DNA of 59,772 nucleotides, the filler included, from Dirinaria sp. TL-2023a (lineage: Eukaryota), in NCBI GenBank assembly GCA_051941275.1. It is 7 parts of 7 records of this genome, joined end to end, with 100 filler letters (N's around TTAATTAATTAA, not from the genome) between each part and the next. Parts side by side here need not be neighbours in the genome. Positions count along the whole stretch, not along the records: positions 25,766 to 34,194 come from JAVEBF010001181.1; positions 34,295 to 42,721 come from JAVEBF010001182.1; 5 more parts are not named here. One strand, 5' to 3'. This document shows positions 25,766 to 39,295 of the stretch, in pieces. The position numbers and the translations under genes are program-made. How positions within the stretch are numbered: the stretch's first letter is position 1; every line of letters begins with the position of its first letter. The notes under the pieces are model-generated. The model worked only from the letters and a program-made list of their open reading frames with translations, made no database searches and was not told the origin of the DNA.

Positions 25766-26643
25766 ATCCAATCCCTTGCAGGAGTATTTCATCTCGCCCA
25801 GAGTAAGATACAACCTAAGGTAGACGCTCATGACTCGCTCTTAGAATCACGTGTGCCTCTCTTCATATGTCATTTTATCCCAGCAATCATTCTTCTAAGA
25901 TCCAACATTCTGTACATAAAATTCTAAGATTGTGAATTCAGAAATTTTGGGATATAGAATCTGAGATAGGTGGGGATGGGGAATTAGATATGTATACACA
26001 CTACACAACAAGTAAAACCGTGGGATTTGTAGATGTATACTAAGGTAGCTTGCAGGCTTTAGTTTTCTATCAAAAACTTTTTCTTCTATTGATTATCTAT
26101 TGATATCGGGAAAGGAAGGAAGGGGGAGATGTGCATGACTGAGGCGTATATCTGCACGAAGCTCTGTACTAAGTTGTTTCGCGGCCGGCCAGAATGAAAA
26201 TCTTTCCGGCGCTGCGGCGTCGGTTGATAGCTGATGTATATAGGAAAAATTTGCAGAAGGAAAAAAATAATTGAAGAAGAAAATGGATTTGGTTCTTTTT
26301 CGTGAATCGGGAGGGGGTAGGAGCAATTGTGTGGATTTTTGTGGAGAAGGCTTGTTTCTGAGAATTCTGCTGCGATTTAGAGTTGATTGGAGCCAGAGAT
26401 AGGGAGGGGTATTTTCCATGTCTATTTGGATTGTAGGGAACAAGTGGAAATCGGGCCTTTTATGTGACTAGTATGAGGACGATTCCATGTATAGCTTCGA
26501 CAGCGGGAGCGGTAACTGGGATGCCAGCGAGTCAAAGGCTTACCAACGGACTTCTCAAACATGTACTAGGGCTTAGGAGCCAGAGGGTGAAGCTTGCGAA
26601 GAAAGAGATGGCTGGAGTTGAAATACTGCGCTACGGTGGTGCG

Positions 26644-29600
26644 TTAGACACCAATTGTTTCACTCGCTGTTTGACCTAGTCAGTCATGTTCGGCGAGAAA
26701 TATGCGGAGAACAATGCTCACCTCGACCCAGTCTTGGTTCTTTCGAGCAAGGTCGAAAGCCTGCTCGGCTAAATTTCTTTTCTCGGCTTGCTGATGACGA
26801 ATGCTCTGGGATCTCGACTTAGTTTTATGTAATGCCTACTTTGGCGAGGGGGGCGGAAACTATAACAGACCTCCTCTAGAGTGCCTTCGACAATATATCG
26901 GACCGTGGTGACTGGCTTCGTCTGCCCGATTCGGTAAACGCGGTCGAGTGCCTGGTCTTCAATCATGGGGTTCCTAAGGTTATAAAAAGTCAGTGTGAGA
27001 GCGATGTCAAGGCTTTATTGATGTATGTCTGTTCAATTTGACGGGCTTAGGGAATCACAAACTAGGAAACACTCATCTAACCATGTATATGCGGATAATG
27101 AGAAATTACGAGGTTGAAGAAACTTACCACTGAGGTTCCATGAGGAAGACATGGTTTGCAGCGGTCAGTGTCAATCTATCGATTTATCTAGTCAGGACAA
27201 TTTTCAAAGTCTTGAGATTAGCTTAATGGCTTTACGTACCCGCTTGAGCCACACTTCAATGATATCAGCAGAGCCCGGATATCTTGGCCTTCGTCGAAGG
27301 ATTTGAGAATTTGTTGTCGCTGTCCATTCGGCACGGAGCCATCGATCCGCGTATACGCAAAGCCAATATCATCCAGAGCTTTACCAACAAGATCCAATGT
27401 CGAGGTCCAGAAGGAGAAAATAACACTTTTATGAGTCTGAGCTTGCGCTTTTCGTTTCCAAAGAGACCTACTAACCTCTTATCAGTGACTGGCAAGGCCA
27501 ACACATCATCCTTCAACGCTCTAATTTTCACAGGTAATCCAGTCGTGGAGAATGGTGGGTTGGTGTCGGAATCAGCGGCGTTTTTAATAGGCCACAGCTG
27601 GCATGGCGCCTCATGTTGGCAAATTGATCTTCTGAAGCCTGATATTCCAGAAGCTAGTGTAGAGCAAGCAGCACACAGCAGTACACCGCATTTTGTCATG
27701 TATGGCTGAGCTAAAACGTCGTATCTTGTTCCTATATTTTGGTGATCACCTTCGGTAGACCAATGATCACCGCACTTCGAGCAAGCTGTGATCCCAGCAG
27801 ATGTCATACTATCGAATAACTCTTGTACAGTAGCTTGTTCTATGGTGCACTCACTGGGCTGTTGCGCGTGATTTGGATGATGTATTCCGAGATTGCACAT
27901 CTGTCTTAACGTATTTATCCTCACTAGGATATTAGAGTAAGTTGCGTTTTCCCTGAAGAGGACTTCTGTTTGGAGGTAGTCTATGATGCCGTCTTTAGTG
28001 CGATTGTAAGCGGCAACCTCATGATCGTCGAATTTGACCTTGTGAATCTCATCTATCCGGGAAGGGAGATTGATGATCGCTTTCGAGCGACGTAGGCATA
28101 TGGACAGTAGAGCGCGCTTTAGATCAGCATCAGTCTTTTTGGCTCGCAGCATTCTCGTGAGAGATTTTAAATCGTGATCAGGGTAGGCATTGAGAAAGTT
28201 GAAAAGGCTAGCTAGATCTTCGAAACGGTTTTGAATCGGTGTCCCTGTCACTACCCAGCGAAAGTGGCCTTGAAGAGCACATACGGATCTGGCACGCAGC
28301 GTCGTACCGGTCCTGATCTCGTGGCCTATGATGAAGTCCATTAGCTTGAAGGAGTGACGCCATACTTTAACCTACCTTCATCCAGTACGATGCGGCGCCA
28401 GCACTTAGAAAATAATGGCTTTGACTTGCGATCAGCATCTCCCCATTCTGTGGCAAGCACGTTGTACGTGGTGATGACGAGGTCACAGCTAAGCGTGTCT
28501 TGGATGTCCTTGGAACGATTCCGTCCATGATACACTCTCCAACGCAAAGTATTCGGTCGAACGTGTTTGATAAGTTCCCCCTCCCAGGTTCGGACAAGCG
28601 AAGATGGCGCGACAAGAATTGTTGCCTTTATTCCTAGCGCTTGCGAGCTGCTCCGGAGCCAGTCTGTAGCTATGAGAGAAATGATGCTAAGACTTTTCCC
28701 TAGTCCCATTGAATCTAGGAGCAGGCCTCCTCCTACTCTCCCCATACCATGATCATCCGTCCGCCAGAAACGATCTTCATCATATGCCTTCATGAAAGAT
28801 GTCTCACGCCCGAGCATGAATGTTAATGCCTGTTTCTGATGACTAGATCGGATCTGATGTCAGTGGAGCAGAAGAAGGTGGACCTAGTCGAGCTCTTCCG
28901 ACTGACCTGTACAGGCTAGTCCGAATTATGGCCGGACATTCAGTCTCTTGGTAGCTATCTTGGGCCTCTAACACGGAGGAGGGATCAGTCTCTTCTGATA
29001 AAGTCTCGACATAGGATATGGGGTTTTGAGATATCTCTAGAGTCTTCGGGGGACGCCCGTTTCTTCCGGAGAGGCTTTGAGGGTTCTGGTAATAGACATT
29101 CCGATCACAGCGCAACGGAGGCTGTAGGAAGTCGCCACAGCAGGACAGGAAATCTCCGACTTTGCCTTGAATCTGCATAGACCCGTAAATGTTCACAGAT
29201 AACGTGACCTTCGTCTGCACTACACGTCTCCCACGACCTTTAGAACTTCTGTCAGCAGGCAGCTGAGAGTGATTATAGGCAAGCATTGCCTGGAGATCAA
29301 TGCAAGGTTCTTCGTTGAGCACTTTGAAGAGTTTGGAATAATGGGGATCAAGTCTACCGGCAGGTGCTGAAACCGGCTCCAAGTATTCTATTAGAGGACA
29401 ATGCAACAGAGAAACAGCAACGGATTTTACCGCCGCGCCATTTATGTCGGCTCGTGGTTCGCCAATAGGGATGTTGTCAAGCTTGAGGATTTCAGTGAAC
29501 GACACTTCCGAAATCAAATCGGAGATGGCAGTCTCGTCCAAGATAAGAGATAGATACGCACCATTCCGAAACAGACTTGTTCGCCAAAGCCTTCTTGAGG

Positions 29601-29888
29601 GACTGTTGCAGTCTGTTCGCACTGAGTTGGAAATTCTGGTGCGTGCAAAGTCTCGATATCCATGGTAGGCATTGCGCTCTGGCTTCCATGAGCTGTAATC
29701 TGCGCATCCAAGGCGGTCATTCGTGAGATCTCGTCATTCGCCAGATAGTTTTGAGATGGTATCCCTGAGTTCACATTGTTTTGATTGGTAGTCTGAGATA
29801 GTCCCAGTGTCCCTTCACCATCAGCGCGCCAGAACGCCTGATCCAGACGAATTCGTTTTGGCGCTCTTTCTCCAGCGTCGTCGTCCAT
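26644..29888 (-). CDS. SNF2-family (Rad5/Rad16-like) ATPase/helicase with Cys-rich insert; about 9 exons
   Basis: Spliced reading gives VCFGM|LDNI, HQKQALTFML, motif I GGLLLDSMGLGKS, motif II RIVLDE|GH, motif III VTGTPIQN, VIFSFWTSTLD, RIDGS, GLTLTAANHVFLMEPQW|NP and motif VI QALDRVYRIGQ. Confidence 0.9.
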
Positions 29889-30487
29889 CTTTGAGCACAG
29901 AGATGGCGAAGGCAGACAGCAAAAACTACGAAACTGACCATGAGTATATTCTCAGAAGTTGCAAGTGGATCTTGCTCAGCCTTCTATCCTCGAAGTTTCC
30001 CGAGGCTGATGCGCAGTCGCCACATTATGCGTGTGCATTGCCTTGTGCAGGAACTTAACGCCAAGCCTTTACAGCCATTATGCATATTTTATGCTGACAT
30101 GGCGAGCATGGAAGGCTGATACTACCTATACAGTCTTCCTGACAGCGTGTACGAGTACTTCGTCTTTTACCTTGATAAATAATTTGATGGTATAGCGATT
30201 CTGAGCGCCACTTTTCCGGGTATACCTCTACCAAGTACCAACAAATCATAAGAAAAGCCATTTTTACGATCCCACAAGGCTTTTGTGAGATTAATCTGCC
30301 TTCAGCCTTGCAATCAGCCCGAGGGCCATAGCCTCACCGCCACCTCAAGTAGGATCCAAAACTGAGAATTGTACTGTCTAGCAACATAAACGGAGGTTAG
30401 GCAATAAAATTCTGGATGACTTTTTCTTTTTCTTTCTTGGGAGCTGGAATACCGTGCTACACCTAATCGCTTCGTAAGGAGTTCGTC

Positions 30488-33400
30488 ATGACTTCGCCCA
30501 GAAATATAGAGCCGCCGGCTTCGTTCGATCCCGCGTTCAGACGATTGCGCGATCTGATAGACAAGGACGACGCACGCGCTTTCGAAACAACTATGATGAA
30601 AGACGTCTGGAATGCAGCCACACAGGTTGAACGTCAGCTCGAACAGCGAAGATGTCTGCGAGGCTTTCACCGGATTCGACCTTTCTTGGCTGGAATTGAG
30701 CAGTACTCGAAAGTAGTGGAAGTCCTTTGCAATGGTAAGTACTCCTTACGCTCCGCGATGAATAGCTACTCTTCCTTATTATGGTGTTTGAATGACGTGT
30801 CATTTAATGTATTCTAACACTATTGCGGGAGCCCAAGGGAACCTTTGTTAATCTTGAAATCTTCGCAGGAACGCCATATCTTCCCTATCTGTGGGCGCCT
30901 ATAAAGCTCTTTCTACAGGTCAGTAAAGACCACACATCAAAAAAGACTCTAGTAGAAGTGTTGTCAAGATATTCTTGTCGCCTTGCAACTTCTGTTATTT
31001 TGTGTGAGCCCGGTGGGGATCTCCGTTACTTGCAGTTGCAAGGCATGCCTAGGTTGGAAATTGCGGTACCGCAAGCCATGTTCATCTCGTTTTGCTTGTC
31101 ACCAGTATCTTCGCGATCATGAAGACTTTGCATCTGCTTGAGCGTGGCTCATATGAATACTCAAAATGATATGATATTCATGCTGACTGAGCGATGAAAG
31201 TACAGATAGCGCAGAGCCACATTTCGGCGCTCGAAAGTCTTATAGATGCCTATGCAATGATTGGGGAGGCAATGCCTCGCTTCGAAAGACTGTCTTCTGC
31301 ATTCAAAGATGATGCAAACTTTCAACGAGTAGTAGGATTATTCTACGAAGACATACTTGAATTCCATCGTCGCGCGTACAAGTACTTCCGACGGCGTGGT
31401 AAGTAATCCACCCTGATTCTTGCTACAGTCCACAATATCTAGCTGGTTTTTAGATCTAATTGCGGCACAGCATGGATGATGTTCTTTGAGTCTTTTTGGA
31501 AGAACTTCGACTATAGATTTCAACGTATTCTCGAGAATCTGAGAAAACATCGCGATTTGATCGATCAAGAGGCCAACGCGATAGACATATCTGAAGCCAA
31601 GAAATGGAGGAATGACTGCCTGGAATCCATCCAGCAATGGCGGATGGAGCGTGCTAGTGCTATTGAAAAAACCGAAAGAGAGCGATTGGGCACGCAGGTG
31701 TGTTAAACCTGCACTAGTTTTACCTCCATTCTACTCTAATCACGAGTGTCGCGACGTTTCATACACATGCGTCAAGACGTCTGTCGGTCACGAATTCCGT
31801 TTCCAGAAAATCGTCTTGAATTATTCTACCGTACTGACCGAAGATACTACAACAGGTGCGAGAAGCGGTAGCATGGTTCGGTGCGACTGGAGAACAAGAC
31901 GAAATCCTGGCAAGGATATCAAGAGCATGTGGACCCACACATTGGACTCTGGAAAACGAAAAGATGAAGATGTGGCTCGGTGGAAGCCGTCATAATCTAC
32001 TCCTTTGGCTGGACGGAAATCCAGGAGCCGGTAAGTTGCATGTTTCTACAATTCATTTAACCGTCGAAGTCGGAACACGAATGCGCCAAATCATCTTCTC
32101 GGTCTCCAGTACTTCGAGCCTATTGCTTATGTTGGATCGCAGGTAAAAGTGTCGCTTGCTCTAAGATCATCGATCACGTGAGAGACAGTAGCAATTCTAT
32201 CGGAATATTCTATTTCTGCCAGCACACTCAAACGTCTCAGAATACATCGAATGAGATATTGCGAAGCTTTGCCACCCAATTACTCGCTGCAAACACTGAG
32301 CTTGCGCCCTATATACTCGATACGTTCGCCAACAATGGTCTAAAACCCTCAAAGCAGCATATAAGCTCTATAATCGAGAGACTGATGATGTCGTTCGAGT
32401 CTATTCGGGTAGTCGTAGACGGTCTCGATGAGTGGCCAAGCATTGAACAAGAAGAGGTTATACATGACATATTGAAAATGAAAGGGTCCTCGCCTGGCGC
32501 TTGCAAGATTCTTATCTCAAGCCGACCCGTATCCCCCATTTCGAAGCTTCTGGAGACAAAGCCGAGATTACGCCTCGCAGACTACCCTGAAACGGTCAAT
32601 GCTACAATTGCGGCCTTTGTGGGGTCTCGACTTGACACTCTTCGCCAGCGTTTCGATACTTCCATAATTGACGAACTAGGGGCTAAAATCACCCAGAAAG
32701 CGAAAGGTAGTACTGACTAATCTATGGCGAATCGGCTGACAGATCTTTGAAGGCATGTTTTTGTGGGTTCGGCTTGTACTATACACTGTTGAAGAGCTAT
32801 ACTATGACCACGAGGTGCAAGAAGCGATAGAGACACTTCCCGAGGGACTGTACCCTTTGTACGAGTAATTCCTTGCAAGCATGTCATATTTGTCAACTAA
32901 TTTCTCGGTAGGTACGAGAGAATATTCCTCCGCATGTGTGGTAATGGTTCAAGTCCAAACCAGCGTATAGCTATACGGATTCTTCAGTGGCTGTTAGTAG
33001 CACAACGGCCACTAAGGAGAAATGAACTAGAATCTGGGATTGTGTTAAATCGCCGGATGCAGCAGATCACTGCCACGAGCCGAGCTCGAGGAGATGTCCT
33101 GAGTTTATGTAACCCGGTCCTTGATGCGGCGGAGGGTTCTACGGCTTCAGTGAAATTTTTCCATTTTACTGTTGAAGAGTCAGTACTCCTATTCCTTTAA
33201 CGGCTTCGTACGGGAGAACTCTAACGCGGTGCGGCTCTTAGGTACTTGAAAGACCGTCCAACACACGTGGCGCTAGGGCTAGCCCAAGCTCATCTTTCAG
33301 TGTCACTGTCATGTTCACTGTACTTACAATCGAGTCTCACCCTTGTAAATACGTCCACGGACGAGCATGAAGCCCGTACACAAGTCCTAGTAGGGTTGCA

Positions 33401-34194
33401 TGATCTCCAATACTATGCTAACGATTACCTACTCGAGCATCTTAAGTTTATAACCAACCTGAAAGCAAACCCGTCAGCTCAGGCAGATGACTGGGCGTTG
33501 CTACGTCACTGCCTTGACCAATTCGCGGCAAGGCATGAGGAGTTGTTAAGGTCATCCTCGCATTTTCAGAGAGACGAGGATAGAGAGATAGTGACGCAAG
33601 ACGGAGCCTTGAATGCTCTGGAAATCTCTGATGTGTCGAAGCGACTGCTAACTAGGCTCCTGACTTTTCGAAGAGTTGCTTCTTCGCTAGAGGATTCTAC
33701 TTCCACTTCAAAAGGTAAATTGGACGTTTTCGAATCTGCAATACTTTACTAAATTCATCATGGAACACGTAGATACAGTCAAAGACCCCACCTTGCTCTC
33801 CGCAATCCGGGCGAGATATCAAAATATTGTTGAAGACCTGTTGGAGCAGGATGCCACTACCGATGTAGCACTTCAAGATTTTCAGGCGCGCAACGATTCC
33901 GGGCTCTTCCTTTGCCATTTCCGTAGCTGTCCCCGCGCGGAGCAAGGCTTCGACTCGAGAAGGCTCCGTCAAGAGCATGAAGACAGGCACGTCATTCAGT
34001 TCCAATGCACATCCGCAGAGTGCAGATTGTCTGGCTGGATATTTCGAACCCGTGCGGCATTGACAGCTCATAGGAAAAAATATCACGACTGGGAGAGAAC
34101 TGACTCCGTCCCAAATAGTTTGAGCACGGAAGAAAACAGAACAGAGCGCTCTGCCAATCCAATGCCGAGTATCTCAAATCCAACAAAGTATCCA
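30488..34194 (+). CDS. NACHT (STAND) NTPase with N-terminal helical domain and C-terminal C2H2 zinc fingers; multi-exon, truncated by gap
   Basis: N-terminal IRPFLAGIEQYSKVVEVLCNG|TPYLPYLWAPIKL, Walker A LWLDGNPGAG|KS, Walker B VVVDGLDEW, GMFLWVRL, LPEGL. Fingers CHFRSC..HEDRH and CTSAEC..HRKKYH. Confidence 0.88.
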
Positions 34195-34294
34195 NNNNNN
34201 NNNNNNNNNNNNNNNNNNNNNNNNNNNNNNNNNNNNNNTTAATTAATTAANNNNNNNNNNNNNNNNNNNNNNNNNNNNNNNNNNNNNNNNNNNN
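34195..34294. other. Artificial contig spacer
   Basis: N44-TTAATTAATTAA-N44. Confidence 0.99.
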
Positions 34295-34296
34295 GG

Positions 34297-34327
<31 letters not shown>

Positions 34328-37300
34328 GCTGCTGCTGCTGTCCTTGCCTCTGCTCGCCATGACCACCCCCCATGTTTCGTCCGTGATATCGATTAATCGG
34401 GCGTCCGCGTCGCTTTCGAGGAATGCCGCGGTCGTAGTCGTCGTCGGCGTTGCGGCGTTGGCTGCGGCTGCAGTGCCGGCAGGGGTCGCGGCGTTGCTGG
34501 GCTGTTCGGGCGAAACGTGGGTCGTGATCGGGGTTTCCGATGGCACGCCAGTAGCTGGTGTGGCTGGCTTGCTGAAAAGTTGTAACAGTGGGTTTTCGTC
34601 CAATGTGAGCAGGGTGGGGAGGATTGTCGATTGGTGCTGGTTGAACAGGGCAAGCCATGCTGGATACTGTTAGCGCGAGAACCATTTGTCAATGAAGGGT
34701 TGTGTGCCCCCAACCTGCGAGCTCATCTTGAGCGAGAAAGCCGTTTTTGACGACGAATACCCGATAAGGTGTGCTGGTCATTTCAGCAATATCCATGGTG
34801 ATGTCCCACATTGCGCTGGCAACGTCTTCAAATGTCGGCCATTGCTCGTCTGAAATAGAAGTTTCATCGCCAAGATAGTATGCAGCGGTCCATTGTAGAC
34901 GGCCATAGTTGTCCGTCCAAGAGGCTGTCAACCACCCTGACTGTATGGAATGGCAATATGCGACATGGATGCACCTGTCTGCATGAGGGAGGCCATTTGG
35001 AGATTTTGACGTGAGCTGAAGATTGATTGCACGTGGAATATGCCTAGCAAGTTGAATTGCAGGGGCGGAAAGGAAAGGCGATCTGGGCATGGAGTCTCGA
35101 TTTGATGCACATCTGTTGTACACTTCTTGAGCGAAGCTTCTATATGCGGTTGGCTCTCTAGAGACGAAACAGTCCGCAGATGCGAACATCGACATCGGAA
35201 GGATCTGCAATACCAGGTCGTTCGGATTTAATAGTTGTTTCTCATCCATAGCGGAGGCGTAAGTGTCGAAGAGTTTCAGAAAGGCTTGACACAGCCTGGG
35301 TAAGGCCGGTGCCTCGCCGAATATATCAACTATATAGATTACGAAATTTCCGCCGCAAGAAGCGGACTCGGACAGCAATTTACCTGAGTCCAGTTTAACA
35401 GAAGGGATATTACCTCTGAAAGATTTGTGGGACACCTACCTATACTTTTACAAGCGTCGTCAATGGCATTCATAAGTTCATCGAAACTTGTCGGGCTATC
35501 GACTTTGATGGGGTAGATACCATTAGGATGTCCACCTCCGTCATAAGGCGTATATGTCCCCAATTTGCAGGCGTAGTATGCACTTTGAACCGTATCCAAA
35601 AATTTAGCGAGACGGTCTTCTAGAACCGGTTTCGCTGGACATATGCAGATGAAATCCACGTCTTTTTGCGGAGAATTGGGTTCGAGGCTAAGCTCTTCCC
35701 AGAAAACGAGCGCAGAGGGTGAGAGGTCAACAGGGGTGTTTGCACGACGCACAGCCACCAAAGGAGCGTTGATGGGGAAGATCCTGTCAAAATCTTCGTC
35801 TTGAGCATTACCTTGCCAAGGGACTGACCAGCGTATGTGGTTGATGTTGTTGTTGTGCTGCGTCACTTGAGTTTCTTGGGAAGAGTTCGGACTTGTACTC
35901 TCGCCAATGGTAGATAATTGCTTCAAATCACACCGTAGAGCACCGCGTAGAGCGGAGATCAACGGTTGTAGCAAAGGCTCTTTCAGCTCAGTTGAGGTGG
36001 GGCTACTCGCTGGTAGAAGCCCGGATAATGACTTTGAACTCGTAAACAAGTTGTGATTATGGAGGGTGATCTGGTCTACCAGAATTTGAGCAATGCGCAA
36101 AAATTCGAAGCAACTAGGAACCTTCAATGTTGAAGAGCATTTGTGGTATTTGTTTGCCACTGTCTTTAGGAAGCTTTCGCTATCATGGTTTGAATGTTGT
36201 GCGAAGAGAGCAGTCGTCAAGGATTGGCCCACAATCTCATAGCCCTCCTCTATTGGACTCACTGTAGAGAACGGACTTGGTGTGCCCACTTGCTGAATTA
36301 ACTCATCTGCAATTTCACGCTTCCGCTTTAGTGTCGGTTCTGAATGTACCTCAGGTAGTCGTTGAACGAAGAAGTCTTCATCACCGGCAGAATTAGCGCC
36401 ACTAATTTGGGACGTGCGATCTATGGATGTTAATTACAAAGTCAATGATGCTTCTGTCTGGACGGATGCTTACTTACCATCCACAAAATCGTCATCATCT
36501 GGAGACTCGTAGACTTTGTCTTCTGATCGGTGTTGGCCACTAAGCCGGGGAACCTCACGTGGAATGAGACTTGAGGTATCACCGGGGTCCACTCCCCGAG
36601 GCTTATCAATATGATTGGAACGGAATCGTCCTACATCGGTGTATTTTGAATCGAAGGAGTGAAGTGAACTTTGTAGTGGCACAGGCTCAAAGACCTTTTG
36701 TCTATCGTTTGGTGCTGCGAAGTTAGAGACATCCTTGAGAGTGGTGAGGTTGAATCGATGCACCTCGCCCAAGGCTTTCGGCGGTACTGTAGACTCCAGC
36801 TGGTGAGTCTTTGGGAGACCTGTCTCTAATAGGTACTCCTCAGATACATTCGTTGCTTCTACAGCTGTGTGTACGTTTAGCACCGGCGCATTCTTTCCAG
36901 CAGATTTGCGCTATCATGTACGTACCTGTATTATCTATATCGTCATCAATACGGCCTTTGAAATCATCTGTTTGCGGTAAGACGAGTTCTCCCATGTCAG
37001 GCTGACGCGAGTCCTCTATCTGTACAGTGGGCTCACTGGCACCTCCAGCCAAATTTTCCTCAGGAGAAGGGTCGATCGGAACAGATGCCTCCTGTATATT
37101 ACGGGTGATCTCCTGGTCATCGTCACTGGGCTCATCGAAGAAATTGAAGTCCGCTTCAGTAAGATCGTTGGCCGCGAAGAAGTCGGTATCCATGTCACCG
37201 AATAAATCACCATCACTAGCCCGCGCTTGGGCGGCAAGAACATTGCCTTGGGGAGTATTGCCGAAAGACGGTGTGCTGGGCCGAATAGAGTTAGCAATAG

Positions 37301-38812
37301 AAGCAATGTCCCCATGCTCGTCCGCGATTTGCTGACGTTGAGCAGCAGGCAATGTATGGGGTTGAATTGTGGGTCCGTCTGGCGGAGTTGGGTACACACC
37401 GCTCATGTCCTGCTGAAACGTCTGGTAGCTGGTGTATCCCACTTCCTCCAGTAAATCGTCTTCGTCTTCTGATCTATCTACGCGCTCCTGGTTCTCAGGT
37501 GAGGCTCCTTGGTTCTGCTTATACGCCGCTAGTGCATCCTTTCGGGACTCTCGCGTTGCGTACCACTGTTCAACTCTCACTAATGGGTCTATGGCTTTGG
37601 CATTTTTGATACAATTAGCGAAGCAGCCAGAATGTTCGCCGGTACTCTCTTTCCGCACATTGAGAAAACACAGGTGAGAAGGCCACGCAATCACGCCCAA
37701 ATCGACCTTCTCACAAATTCGCAAGCGCACCCAGGGGACATTCGGAGGTATGACAATGTTAGAACGAGAGAGTCTTTCGGTATAGAATTTGACGTGGTCA
37801 TTGCTTGGTACAGCATAGTCGCTGATCAGGGTTGCGATAGCTCCCGAGGGAGCCATCACGACATCTTTACCAAGGTGTTCATGAATGGCGATCCTCGGGT
37901 CCGACAGCTGGCGGATATGTGACAGAGGGACACTATGCGCTAGAATTATAATGGTACCAGGAAGCTGCCAGTCAACCGCCAACTTGATGAAGTAGATGAT
38001 TCCACTATAACCGGGGGTATGCTCAGCCAGGTTTTGACTAGTAGCAGGAGCTCGAAGGCAGGAACCAGAGCCTAGTGGGAACCATCTGCCTGTAAGTGAC
38101 ATATTCCATAATACAGACACCGACACAGCCGCAACGAATAGCAGGTAAGCACTTCGATTTGCAATGCCGCTCCCTTTACCCGTAAGCGTAGCAAGGCTTT
38201 CAATGTTGTGTAATTCTTTCAGATTTTTCAAGGCTTCGTTGATTTCGAAGGCTTGGGAGTTGATCTCCTTGTATGCTTCCAGGCCAGGTAGAACACCACT
38301 TGGTGAATCTATCGGGCCTGTAGTGGAAACGTGCTGTGACCGTGGGATATTGACCGGTTCAATGATCCCTTGCAATTTTTCTTTGCACCCCGATCAGTAG
38401 ATTTATCAGATGCAAGGCAATATTTACGCACCATCAAGACCGTAAGCTGATTCTATTTCTGCTAGTAGCTCCTCAAAACTATGTTGCTTGGAGTCCAAAA
38501 CAGGAGCATGAAACACTAAGAAAAAAAGATCCCTGGGATCATAGTATACGTGGCGACCGTTTCTTCGCAGTTCGTAGCTAGCTTCTTCAAGCACAGTGCG
38601 AGCTTTGGATATTATCTCGCTTTCTGCATTGCTCACTTTGGAATTGCTATGCTCCTCATGGAATGCCTGCTCACTGAGAGATTTCGTTGTGTAAACGAAG
38701 AAGTATATCTCTGGGATGTTATCCTAGAGGGAGTGAGTGTCCAATTTACGACTTTAGACAAATATCTTACGATTTTGTATACGTTTGTTGCTACATTGCC
38801 AAGAGGCTCCAT
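34295..38812 (-). CDS. MED13: Mediator kinase-module subunit Med13 (Ssn2/Srb9); spliced, 3' truncated
   Basis: First exon MEPLGNVATNVYKI, WPSHLCF, GVYPTPPDG, LTEADFNFFDEP, FWEELSLEP..KDV, IHVAYC..WLTASWTDNYG, LIDITDETWGV. Confidence 0.9.
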
Positions 38813-39295
38813 GGTCGGAGCCGCACAGGAGACGAGTGAAGCTTTGACGGATCAGATCAAGAGAGAATTTTCTGAAATCGATCATGATGCCTTTAATTTG
38901 GCCAGATGCAGGAGCCTCTAGGTCGACAATGGAAGGAGCAACGACTGGCCAGACTTTCCCTCGGAACATATCTGTCACGTCCTCTTGACAGACTTGACAT
39001 CACTGTCTCATCGACATCACAGCAAGCCTACCTATGCAGCTTTGGTGTGATCCGATTCTGACTAGGGCTAGTCTTGCGCGTGTAGGTCTGCTAGATGATA
39101 AGGTACCTTATTGAATGATACCTTACAATACTTTAAGGTAAGGTAAGATAAGAGCTCAACCGCTGCTGACGCCTGGCGCCTGGCGCTTGTCTATTGCCGC
39201 TATCGATAAGAAACACTCAAAGCAACAGAAAAGTTTGGATCCAGGAGCATACTGTATACTTTGCTTTGAGCCTCGAGGGCATTGGTCAAACCACA

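Noticed and set aside
25766..26600. AT-richer stretch as a RIP-degraded transposon
   Set aside because: No terminal repeats or transposase/RT remnants recognisable by eye.
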